From positions 309 to 64,308 of the forward strand of contig JAGLPS010000019.1 in NCBI GenBank assembly GCA_023137185.1: a stretch of 64,000 nt of DNA. The letters run 5' to 3'. Below the pieces are notes generated by a model that worked only from the letters and a program-made list of their open reading frames with translations, did not search any database and was not told where the DNA came from. The position numbers and the translations under genes were made by a program. The stretch comes from Minisyncoccota bacterium. GTDB lineage: Bacteria; Patescibacteriota; Minisyncoccia; Phycocordibacterales; JAGLPS01. Positions 9,089 to 17,479 of the stretch are shown in pieces (positions within the stretch are counted from its first letter, which is position 1; each line of letters starts with the position of its first letter).

Positions 9089-9424
9089 ATGGATACTGTG
9101 ATTGATAATTTGGGTACTTTGAATCTAGATTTAAAAGACGAAAAAACGTTAAAATACCTGATTGGACGTTGCAAGTCGGTGGAGAATTTCGAAAGGCTGT
9201 ATGGGCAAATTTCGCCTTATTATTCAAAAGCCACAGCAAAGGTCGGGGGAGCGTGGAATAAGTTCATTCTGCCTGAAATTGAGAAGCAAATCCCAAATTG
9301 CAAGTCAGTGGAGGATTTTGAAAGGCTGGATAGCCAAACTCCGCCTTATTCAGAAGCCAAGAGAAAGGTTTGGGGGGCGTGGCAAACATTCGTAAAATCT
9401 GAAATTCAGAAAACCATCGTTTAG
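9089..9424 (+). CDS. Hypothetical protein with an internal tandem duplication of about 42 aa (CKSVENFERL...GGAWNKF / CKSVEDFERL...WGAWQTF)
   Basis: Good RBS (AAAGGAGAG) and an internal repeat visible in the translation. Confidence 0.45.
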   Translation: MDTVIDNLGTLNLDLKDEKTLKYLIGRCKSVENFERLYGQISPYYSKATAKVGGAWNKFILPEIEKQIPNCKSVEDFERLDSQTPPYSEAKRKVWGAWQTFVKSEIQKTIV

Positions 9425-9442
9425 ACTCTTAATTAAAACTTG

Positions 9443-9478
9443 AAAGCGGGCAAGGATATAATCCTGCCCGCTTTTTTT
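9443..9478 (+). terminator. Rho-independent terminator (GCGGGCAAGGA-loop-TCCTGCCCGC followed by TTTTTTT)
   Basis: Hairpin plus T-run after the 9089..9424 ORF. Confidence 0.6.
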
Positions 9479-9596
9479 GTTGCACTTTTCCGAGAGAACA
9501 ATAATCTCTTTTCTGAAGTAGTATAGAGATAAATCCGCTCAATCCTGCCTTCCGCAGGCGACAGCGCAACCACAATAGGTTCAATCCTCTCGGAGC

Positions 9597-10748
9597 TTAG
9601 CCCGAGGGAACCTTGATTTTACTTAAAGTACTTTTTTTCTCCTTTTCTTTTCCGCAAGGCATTGATAACCGACGGCAAGTTTCTTCAAGAAGAAGTTTTG
9701 TTGTGTCCCATCCCATACAGCTGTCTGTTACCGACTTATCGTGCAGAATATCCGCAGGATTGTCTGGTGTTGATTGTCTACCTTCGGTGAGATGACTTTC
9801 AAGCATAACGCCAGCAATAACATCATTTCCACTTAACCTCCTTTTTATTATCTGCTCAAGGACCTCCGCAAAAACAGACTCCTGTTTTTTGTAGTCTTTT
9901 TCCGAATTCCCGTGCGAACAGTCAATAATAAGTTTCTGTCTTAACCCTTTTTGCGTAAGACACGCAATGGCGGATGAGACAGAGAATTGGTCATAATTGG
10001 GAAGAAAACGAGGCTCCCCTTTCACACCGGCTGACTCTTTTCCTCCCCGCAAAATAATGTGAGAGTAAGAATTTCCCTTCCCGCGAATTTCACAAGGGAA
10101 ACCTTCATCATCAATCCCTGGAAAAGTATGTGGAAACTTTGTTGTGTATGCCGCATCAACCGCTACTTGAGTTGAACCTCCTTCACTGTTCTTGAAACCA
10201 ACAGGCATCGACAGAGCGCTTGCCATTCGACGGTGCTCGCTTGAAGAAGCTGTGCGAGCGCCAATCCATACGTATGACACCAGTTTGCTTATGTAGTGAA
10301 TAAAATAGGTATCAACAGGCTCCGTTGCGATAGGAATACCAATTTTAGTTATTTCCCTCGCAATTTTCCAGGACAATTCGTACCCTTCGGAAAGTTTGTA
10401 CGAACCGTCAAGACGCGGGTCATTTGAAAGTCCCGGCCAACCAGTGCCTGTACGCGGTTTTTGGAAACATACTCGCAGTACAGGAAAAATTTCTTTATGA
10501 GCCTTCTTCGCAAGCGCTTTAAGCCGCCTCGCGTACTCAAGCGCACACTCCGTGTCGGTAATAGAACAAGGACCTACAATAACAAGAAGTCTCTTGTCTT
10601 TTCCTTCTAAAATATTTTCAATCGTCGTCGTTGCACACCCAACAAAGGCAAGCATTTCATCATCCACGGGGTGCTTTTCCCATAATTCTTTTGGAGAGAT
10701 TATCCTTTTCATACTCTCGACACGATAATTATTAACTCTAACTGTCAT
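9597..10748 (-). CDS. 3-deoxy-7-phosphoheptulonate (DAHP) synthase, class I (AroG/F/H-like)
   Basis: LLVIVGPCSI, KPRTGTGWPGL and IGARTASSSEHRRMASALSMPVGFKN, in the same order as in enterobacterial AroG. Confidence 0.8.
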   Translation of the reverse strand: MTVRVNNYRVESMKRIISPKELWEKHPVDDEMLAFVGCATTTIENILEGKDKRLLVIVGPCSITDTECALEYARRLKALAKKAHKEIFPVLRVCFQKPRTGTGWPGLSNDPRLDGSYKLSEGYELSWKIAREITKIGIPIATEPVDTYFIHYISKLVSYVWIGARTASSSEHRRMASALSMPVGFKNSEGGSTQVAVDAAYTTKFPHTFPGIDDEGFPCEIRGKGNSYSHIILRGGKESAGVKGEPRFLPNYDQFSVSSAIACLTQKGLRQKLIIDCSHGNSEKDYKKQESVFAEVLEQIIKRRLSGNDVIAGVMLESHLTEGRQSTPDNPADILHDKSVTDSCMGWDTTKLLLEETCRRLSMPCGKEKEKKSTLSKIKVPSG

Positions 10749-10981
10749 TTAGACCTCCTTTTTTACTTGGGTTTTTCCAAAAACTACAAGTCACAAGTCA
10801 ATTTCCAATTTGAAAAGAACAACAAGCTCTTTTTCAGAGCCTGTTGCCAAACTCTTGAAACAAAAATTCAACAATTGACTCTGAAACAAAAACTATTTAA
10901 AAAGAAACTAAAGAAATACGAATTTCTAAAGCTGTTCATATTTGCTGCCCAGTATAGTCCTCCTTACAGAAGAATGCAAAT

Positions 10982-13363
10982 TTAGCGCAAATCATCTTCA
11001 CGTAATACTACTTTTGAACCTGGACGAAGAGCGCCAGAAATAATTTCCTCAGCGATTACCTTTTCAATTTTTTCCTGAATCGCGCGATTAAGGGGACGAG
11101 CGCCAAACTGCGGATCACTTCCTTCTCTAACAAGAAAATCAATTAGAGCGGGAGTAATCTCCAAGTCATAGCCTTTTTCATAGAGTCGCTTTTTAAGCTT
11201 GTTGAGCATTAACTCGGCAATTTTCTTGAGATGTTCTTCTTGGAGCGGATGAAAAATAATAATTCCATCAAACCGATTTAAGAATTCGGGTTTGAAAATT
11301 CTCTTTTGGATAAGCGCGTCAATGAGTGTTTCTTTTTTCCGCGCAAGACTTTTTCCCTCCTTAACCATATTCCAGATAATATCGCTTCCAGCATTTGAAG
11401 TTGCGATAATAATGAGGTTGCGAGCATTTACTTTTTTGCCGAACATATCTGAAAACATTCCTTCATCAAGAACCTGCAAAAATAAGTCGTGCACTTCTGA
11501 ATGTGCTTTCTCAAACTCATCAAGAAGCAAAACACCATACGGATATTCGCGAACCATAGAAGCAAGAACACCTGCCGTTCCCGTTGTGAAAGAGCCAATG
11601 AGACGATCAAGAGCGTCAAGAGAGTTGTATTCTGACATATCAAGCCGCATCATTTTTGCCTCATTTCCAAAAAAGATTTCCGCGAGCGCCTTAGAGGTTT
11701 CTGTTTTCCCAACACCTGTGGGTCCCAAAAAAAGAAACGAACCAAGTGGGCGATGGGGATTCGCAATCCCAGAACGAGCCCGTTTCATTGCTATACTCAC
11801 CGCGCTCACCGCCATATCTTGTCCGACAATTCTTCTGTGAAGAACTTCTTCAAGATTCGTAAGAATCTTTTTCTCGCTTCCCTTTACCTCGCTCGTGGGG
11901 ATACCTGTTTTTGATTCAATAAGCGCGAAAACATCTTTATCTTCAATAATTTTCTTTCCACTTTTTTTAACAATAGGTACAAGTTCAACCAGCAAATCAA
12001 GCGCTTTTTCTGATAAGGAACCGCTTGTTATATAACGCTCCACGCCGTAAGCAATCGCCCGAACTGCCTGATATGTAAAAAAAACTTTATCTTTATCCTC
12101 AAAAGTTAACGCAGCGCTTTCAAGCATTTGGAGTATTCCTGAAAACCCTTTTTCTTCTATCCGCAGCTTCTCAAATCTTCGCTCAAGTCTCTCATCACGA
12201 ACAATTGTCTGTTGAAACTGAGCTGCGTCTGCAAGCGCGATGCACTGCAAAGATTGGGACGTAAGGAATGGCTCAAGCAACGCCGTGGCATCGCTTCCCA
12301 AAGAAAGAGCATTTCGTATAAACATCGTAAAGTTGGGTATCACCAAAATTATATCTCCAGCTTTTTCTGCCTGATTAAGAAGTTTGAGTAATTCTCTTTC
12401 AAATACCGCTTTTCCTCCACACACCGCAATAAAATTTTCAGTCTCAAAAACTTTTATTTGTTTATGTTCAATAGGAGAAAAAACCGTGCGTCTTTGAATT
12501 TTTGCGGCAATAGCCGATAACACTTCCATTTGAAAAGAGGGAGTATCGCTTACAAGAACCGCGTTAGCTTCCCGTGCTCGAGACAAAATTGTTTCAAGAA
12601 TTTCTACCTCCCTATCAAATCGTCCCGAGGATGAAGGTTCAATAGTTCGCGCGTATTTATCAAGGAAAAAAGTTTCTCCGTATGACCACGCCGAACCGAT
12701 ACTTTTGACACGAGCAAGATTCTCTCTGCTCCACCAACGTTTTTTTCTTCTTGCCCATTCTCGCATATTCTCAACAAATATTACTGCGCCAACCCATTCT
12801 TCCCGCTGAATATTTTTTGAAAAAAGAAAATTGGAGAGTTCAGCATCTGATTCAAAAAGCGCTTCGGCATACAAAGAGAGGGAAATGTGTGTTTTAAAAG
12901 ACAAATTATTGCCCATAACCTTACTGGATCTCTCGTTAAGAAAAAACCGCATCTCTTTTTGAGATAGCCCAAGGCGAGTCGCTATTTCTTTTCCGAAAGA
13001 AGAAACAAAAAAACCTTTAGTGATATCCGATGAATTTGTTTCGAAAATTACCGAGGCAACATCAAAACTTACTGTTTTTTTCTGAGAATGGAGAATGTCT
13101 ATATCAGAGAAACGAAAGGCATATGAACGGAAAAAGACTTCAAGCATAAAAAAAGAAAGATACACAGACAAAAAAAGGAAAATGCCCCTTGTCGTGACTG
13201 AAAGAGAAACGCTGGGGACAAAAACAAAAACGAAAATAAAAAATAATACGAAAACGAGAGAAACGCGAAGAATAAGAGCGCGAATAGACGAAGGAAGTAT
13301 TTTTTCAATAAAAGCCGCGGGGGAAAAAGGACGGGAGAGCTGTGTGATTTCTTTCCAATTCAT
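10982..13363 (-). CDS. Membrane-anchored Clp/Hsp100-family AAA+ ATPase. It has N-terminal TM helices, a Clp_N-like region, a degenerate D1 module lacking Walker A, and an intact D2 ATPase module.
   Basis: D2 shows [45 protein letters not shown] ... VLLLDEFEKAH ... ATSNAGS. The D1-equivalent region has no GxxGxGKT. The N-terminus is strongly hydrophobic (LVFVLFFIFVFVFVPSV...). Confidence 0.7.
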   Translation of the reverse strand: MNWKEITQLSRPFSPAAFIEKILPSSIRALILRVSLVFVLFFIFVFVFVPSVSLSVTTRGIFLFLSVYLSFFMLEVFFRSYAFRFSDIDILHSQKKTVSFDVASVIFETNSSDITKGFFVSSFGKEIATRLGLSQKEMRFFLNERSSKVMGNNLSFKTHISLSLYAEALFESDAELSNFLFSKNIQREEWVGAVIFVENMREWARRKKRWWSRENLARVKSIGSAWSYGETFFLDKYARTIEPSSSGRFDREVEILETILSRAREANAVLVSDTPSFQMEVLSAIAAKIQRRTVFSPIEHKQIKVFETENFIAVCGGKAVFERELLKLLNQAEKAGDIILVIPNFTMFIRNALSLGSDATALLEPFLTSQSLQCIALADAAQFQQTIVRDERLERRFEKLRIEEKGFSGILQMLESAALTFEDKDKVFFTYQAVRAIAYGVERYITSGSLSEKALDLLVELVPIVKKSGKKIIEDKDVFALIESKTGIPTSEVKGSEKKILTNLEEVLHRRIVGQDMAVSAVSIAMKRARSGIANPHRPLGSFLFLGPTGVGKTETSKALAEIFFGNEAKMMRLDMSEYNSLDALDRLIGSFTTGTAGVLASMVREYPYGVLLLDEFEKAHSEVHDLFLQVLDEGMFSDMFGKKVNARNLIIIATSNAGSDIIWNMVKEGKSLARKKETLIDALIQKRIFKPEFLNRFDGIIIFHPLQEEHLKKIAELMLNKLKKRLYEKGYDLEITPALIDFLVREGSDPQFGARPLNRAIQEKIEKVIAEEIISGALRPGSKVVLREDDLR

Positions 13364-13752
13364 ATATTAATGCCTGTTATTCCCATTAAAAAAAGAGTCG
13401 GAACAAACGCTGGTAGCAATATCCAGACTCCAAAAAGCGCAATGCCCAAGACAACTGCAAGTACGATAGTGACAATTCCTGCTCCTATTACAAAGATTCG
13501 AGCAACTACTCCGACTATCCGCATCAACGTGTTAACAACAAACGTTTCAAAAAAAGCCTCAATATCAAGACCTTCTTTATATTGCTCCCCCATTCGTCTA
13601 AACGGACTGAATAAAGTTCTAGCAAGTACCGGAATAGAAAAAAAATGATAAAAAAACCAAATAAAATTTCTGAATACTTTAAAGAAATCTTTGATGGCGC
13701 GCGTATAGTGCCATACAAGATAATGTGGAATAAATGTAACAAATCCGCTCAT
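13360..13752 (-). CDS. Hypothetical polytopic membrane protein (4-bp overlap with the Clp-like gene)
   Basis: ORF track plus hydrophobic helices. Translationally coupled (ATGA overlap). Confidence 0.4.
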   Translation of the reverse strand: MSGFVTFIPHYLVWHYTRAIKDFFKVFRNFIWFFYHFFSIPVLARTLFSPFRRMGEQYKEGLDIEAFFETFVVNTLMRIVGVVARIFVIGAGIVTIVLAVVLGIALFGVWILLPAFVPTLFLMGITGINI

Positions 13753-13767
13753 ATGCGTTTATTATAC

Positions 13768-14565
13768 CTATTTATAGAAAATTTTGTTTCCAAAACGGAG
13801 GTCAAGATATTCAAAATCTGACAATTCATCTCGATTTTCTCTCCAAAAAGACTTCAGATTCGCGAGAGTTTCATTAAAGTCGCGCTCGAGAGTGAAGATT
13901 ATTTTCCCCTCGTTTGTTTCTAACACGACACTGTCATCTTCAAACACCTCAACAAAAACCGAAGGGAATCCAATTTCCTCAACTCTCTTCACAAATGAGG
14001 ACAAGCGGAAAAAAATTTCGGGAAGAAATACAGAGCGAAGCGGCTCATCATTTGAAAGCTGTCCCAAAAAACGCGTGTACACCTGCGAGGAAAATAAAGG
14101 GGACTTTGCAAATATAAAACCTCTTTCATCTAAAAAGTAGCAGTCGCTATTTTCTTCTTTGCTTTGGCACCAGAGCGCTTCGGGAAGTCTTTCTGAAATC
14201 AGCACCGATACAGCGCGCGCGCCTTTTATACGAACAATGACATTTTTAATGCGTGGAAAATCCTGAAGAATTTTTCGTTCTATCTCTCCCTTGGGATATA
14301 AAAGAATATTTCTCTTTGAGAAGAAACCCAAATACGCACCGGAAGTGTGTTCAAAGATAATAGGTTCAATATCGGAAAGGGAGGTAAACACATTTCCCTC
14401 TAGAGAAACATCTTCAATAAAAAAAAACGGACTACAAGAAATCGATGAAAGAGACCATACAATACCAATAACAGCAGCAAAGCCAACACAACAGCGTAAA
14501 GTTTTAAAATTTCTTCTTTGTTTTGCCGCTTGCCGTGACCTTCTAAGTGAGCGTCTCTTTAACAT
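13768..14565 (-). CDS. FtsQ/DivIB-like cell-division protein (TM anchor plus POTRA-like domain)
   Basis: N-terminal basic segment plus a TM helix, then IEDVSLEGNVFTSLSDIEPII, typical of the POTRA start of FtsQ. Confidence 0.45.
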   Translation of the reverse strand: MLKRRSLRRSRQAAKQRRNFKTLRCCVGFAAVIGIVWSLSSISCSPFFFIEDVSLEGNVFTSLSDIEPIIFEHTSGAYLGFFSKRNILLYPKGEIERKILQDFPRIKNVIVRIKGARAVSVLISERLPEALWCQSKEENSDCYFLDERGFIFAKSPLFSSQVYTRFLGQLSNDEPLRSVFLPEIFFRLSSFVKRVEEIGFPSVFVEVFEDDSVVLETNEGKIIFTLERDFNETLANLKSFWRENRDELSDFEYLDLRFGNKIFYK

Positions 14566-14574
14566 GAGACTTTA

Positions 14575-15843
14575 TTATGATTTTTTGAGATTTTCCTTGC
14601 CTTGCATATATACTCTAAGCGCTTCAGGAATAGAGATACTTCCGTCTTCTCTCTGGAAATTTTCAATTAAGGGTATTGCGATTCTCGGAGTCGCGATTGC
14701 CGTATTGTTGAGAGAGTGAACAAACTTGAGTCTTCCGTCACTGTCTCGATACTTGATGTTGAGACGTCTTGTTTGAAAATCATGAAAATAAGAAGAAGAA
14801 TGCGTCTCCCGATACGTTTCCTGTGACGGTATCCAGCTCTCAATGTCGTATTTCTTTACCTGCCCCAATCCAAGGTCGCCTCCACAATTAATGACAACGC
14901 GATACGGAATGGAAAGCTTTTGTAAAATTTCTTCCGCGTTTTTTGTAATTTCCTCGTGAAAAGACACGGTTATATTGTGATCGGCTTCGCATAGCACAAT
15001 CTGCTCAAGTTTGAAAAACTCATGAACGCGAAAAATTCCTTGGACGTCCCTTCCATAACTTCCCGCTTCCCTTCTAAAACAAGGAGAAAACGCAAGAATT
15101 TTTATCGGCAGTTCGCTTTTATCAAAAACCTTGTCCATAAAATACCCCATTGCTCCGACCTCCCCTGTCCCGGCAAGATAATCCCCGTCTTGAGTTTTGT
15201 ACAAATCATCTTCGCCTTGTGGAAGATATCCGGTACCCATAAACGCCTCGCGTCGAAGAAGCGACGGAGCAATCATAAATTGGAAACCTTTGGGTAAAAT
15301 AGAATCCATCACGAATCTCCACAGCGCGACATTAAGCAGTGCTCCGTCTCCTTTCAGGAAATATCCGCGGAATCCTGCTAGCTCCGCGCCTTTTTTGGTA
15401 TCAAGTATATTCAAACCCTCCATCAAAATTTTGTGGTCTTTTGGTTTAAATGAGAACCGCGGTTTCTTACCCCACGCTCTAATTTCTTTATTGGATGTAT
15501 CGTCCTCGCCCTCAGGGACAGACATATCCGGTATATTCGGAACAGAAAGCATAAGCTTCTGCCATTCTTTCATTATCTCTTTTAGCTCTTCTTCAAGTTT
15601 TGAGAGCGGCTCTTTCAACGCTTGCATATCCTGTATAAGCGCGGCCTTTTCAACTATGGAAGCTTGCGCTATTTTTTGGTTATAGGAATTCTGCTCGCTT
15701 CGTCTCTCTTCCACCTCAGAAAGAAGTTTCCGCCGTTTGTCGTCAAGAGAAAGAAAAGCGCCGACATTGAAAGAAATGTGTTTTTTCCGAGCCGCATCGT
15801 CAATGAGGTCTTTATTTTCTCTGATAAAGTTAATATCTAGCAT
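14575..15843 (-). CDS. serS: Seryl-tRNA synthetase
   Basis: An N-terminal coiled coil followed by a class II core (motifs 2 and 3: FRREAGSYGRD..., GTGEVGAMGYF). Confidence 0.9.
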   Translation of the reverse strand: MLDINFIRENKDLIDDAARKKHISFNVGAFLSLDDKRRKLLSEVEERRSEQNSYNQKIAQASIVEKAALIQDMQALKEPLSKLEEELKEIMKEWQKLMLSVPNIPDMSVPEGEDDTSNKEIRAWGKKPRFSFKPKDHKILMEGLNILDTKKGAELAGFRGYFLKGDGALLNVALWRFVMDSILPKGFQFMIAPSLLRREAFMGTGYLPQGEDDLYKTQDGDYLAGTGEVGAMGYFMDKVFDKSELPIKILAFSPCFRREAGSYGRDVQGIFRVHEFFKLEQIVLCEADHNITVSFHEEITKNAEEILQKLSIPYRVVINCGGDLGLGQVKKYDIESWIPSQETYRETHSSSYFHDFQTRRLNIKYRDSDGRLKFVHSLNNTAIATPRIAIPLIENFQREDGSISIPEALRVYMQGKENLKKS

Positions 15844-15968
15844 AAAGATAGCTGTTAGCTTTTAGGAATTAGCATTTAGGCAAATGAAACAAGGAATCCT
15901 GCAAACTACACGCTATTAATTACAAACTGTTTTATAATAGTATCAAAGCCTGTCTAAATAAACAAAAA

Positions 15969-16820
15969 ATGAATCATCCTATTAAAACATTAGCTTCTCA
16001 AGAATTTCCTCCGCTTCTTACGGAAATCCCTGATAAACCGAAGCAGCTTTTTCTTCGCGGCGTGTTGCCAAATCATCAGAAAATTCTTTCTGTTGTCGGC
16101 GCGCGAAAATACAGCCCGTACGGCAAGGACGTATGCGAGCGGCTTATTGAAGGACTCCGCGGTTACAGTATAGCCATTGTATCCGGCCTTGCCCTTGGCA
16201 TTGATTCAATCGCCCACCGCGCCGCTCTTAAAGCCGGTTTATACACACTTGCGATTCCGGGTTCCGGATTATCGGACAATGTGCTATACCCAAGTCTCCA
16301 CCGTAACTTGGCAAAAGAGATTCTTAGCTCTGGCGGCGGACTTTTATCGGAGTTTGAAGAAGAAACAAGAGCCGCGCCGTGGACATTTCCGCGACGTAAC
16401 AGAATTATGGCGGGAATTTCGCACGCGACACTCGTTATTGAAGCCGAGAAAAAATCAGGAACACTTATTACTTCTCGTCTCGCGACAGAATATAATCGCG
16501 ATGTATTCACCGTCCCCGGTTCTATCTTTTCAAAAAACTCCGAGGGACCGCATATGCTCTTGAGGCTTGGCGCTACTCCTATCACATCGGCAGAAGAACT
16601 TTTAGACGCGCTTGGTTTTGAGAAAGATGAAAAAGCGGAAAAAAACATTGACTGCTCGCCACAAGAAAAGAAAATTCTAGAAATTTTACACACACCGCTT
16701 TCCCGCGATGAGCTTATTCGTCAAAGCAAGATGACTGTAAGTGAAGCTAACACCTTGCTTTCCATAATGGAGATAAAAGGGCTTGTTGAGGAAACGCTTG
16801 GAGAAATACGACGAAGTTGA
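15969..16820 (+). CDS. dprA: DNA processing protein A (DprA/Smf)
   Basis: VVGARKYSPYGKDVCERL...IVSGLALGIDSIAHRAAL...RNRIMAGIS, with a C-terminal winged-helix-like tail. Confidence 0.85.
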   Translation: MNHPIKTLASQEFPPLLTEIPDKPKQLFLRGVLPNHQKILSVVGARKYSPYGKDVCERLIEGLRGYSIAIVSGLALGIDSIAHRAALKAGLYTLAIPGSGLSDNVLYPSLHRNLAKEILSSGGGLLSEFEEETRAAPWTFPRRNRIMAGISHATLVIEAEKKSGTLITSRLATEYNRDVFTVPGSIFSKNSEGPHMLLRLGATPITSAEELLDALGFEKDEKAEKNIDCSPQEKKILEILHTPLSRDELIRQSKMTVSEANTLLSIMEIKGLVEETLGEIRRS

Positions 16821-16888
16821 TTTTTTTACCCTTTGTGTTAAAAAGATATAAATTGTTCTAAAAATACACAATAAAGGAAAGGGGGTGT

Positions 16889-17383
16889 TTGATGATAAAG
16901 TCAGCTGGCTTAATCATTATTACACAATTGCCGTCTTGCAAAGGTAACGTAGCGATTCTTCACAGGCGAGGTATTTTAAACGAAAAATTGACACCTCAAT
17001 CGTGGCCAGGAGGATATCAGGTTACCGCAACAGGAAAAATAGAAACTGGAGAAACTTCAGACAACGCTCTCGAAAGAGAGACTGTGGAGGAACTTGGAAA
17101 AGAGTTTTCTCTGTCAATTCCCTCTGAGATGATGAGAGTATTCAGAAGTGACATACGTATTATCTATGCAGTGTGGATCAGTCCAGAAAATCTTCCTCAA
17201 GTGTCATTAAGTCTTGCCTCTGGTGGACTTGTACCTATTACAAGAAAAATGATTCCCCAGATTAAGAACCTCCTTATGTTTGACAAGAAAAAGGGGGTTC
17301 AGGATGGAAATGTAATTGCGATGTTTCCAGACGAAAAAGAAGCACTGAAATGGGCTTTTAATAGAATTTCCATCCCTCGTTAA
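16889..17383 (+). CDS. NUDIX hydrolase
   Basis: Nudix box GKIETGETSDNALERETVEELG, which is Gx5Ex7REUxEExGU. Confidence 0.6.
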   Translation: MMIKSAGLIIITQLPSCKGNVAILHRRGILNEKLTPQSWPGGYQVTATGKIETGETSDNALERETVEELGKEFSLSIPSEMMRVFRSDIRIIYAVWISPENLPQVSLSLASGGLVPITRKMIPQIKNLLMFDKKKGVQDGNVIAMFPDEKEALKWAFNRISIPR

Positions 17384-17398
17384 GTACAAAAATAAAAC

Positions 17399-17438
17399 TT
17401 GCCCATCGTGCATAATCGCACGATGGGCAATCCTTTTT
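17399..17438 (+). terminator. Rho-independent terminator (TTGCCCATCGTGC-ATAAT-GCACGATGGGCAA followed by TCCTTTTTA)
   Basis: Perfect 13-bp stem plus T-run after the NUDIX gene. Confidence 0.6.
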
Positions 17439-17479
17439 ATAGATAAAAGTTTGCAAAAAAAATTAGGTTGTAGTACTAA

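Noticed and set aside
9540-9610. tRNA-like GGTTCAATCC motif upstream of the DAHP synthase gene
   Set aside because: I could not fold a T-stem or acceptor stem around it. It is probably a chance match within a hairpin (CTCGG...CCGAG).
13095-13370. Lys-rich 91-aa plus-strand ORF
   Set aside because: It is antisense to the hydrophobic N-terminal coding region of the Clp-like gene and is a low-complexity artefact.
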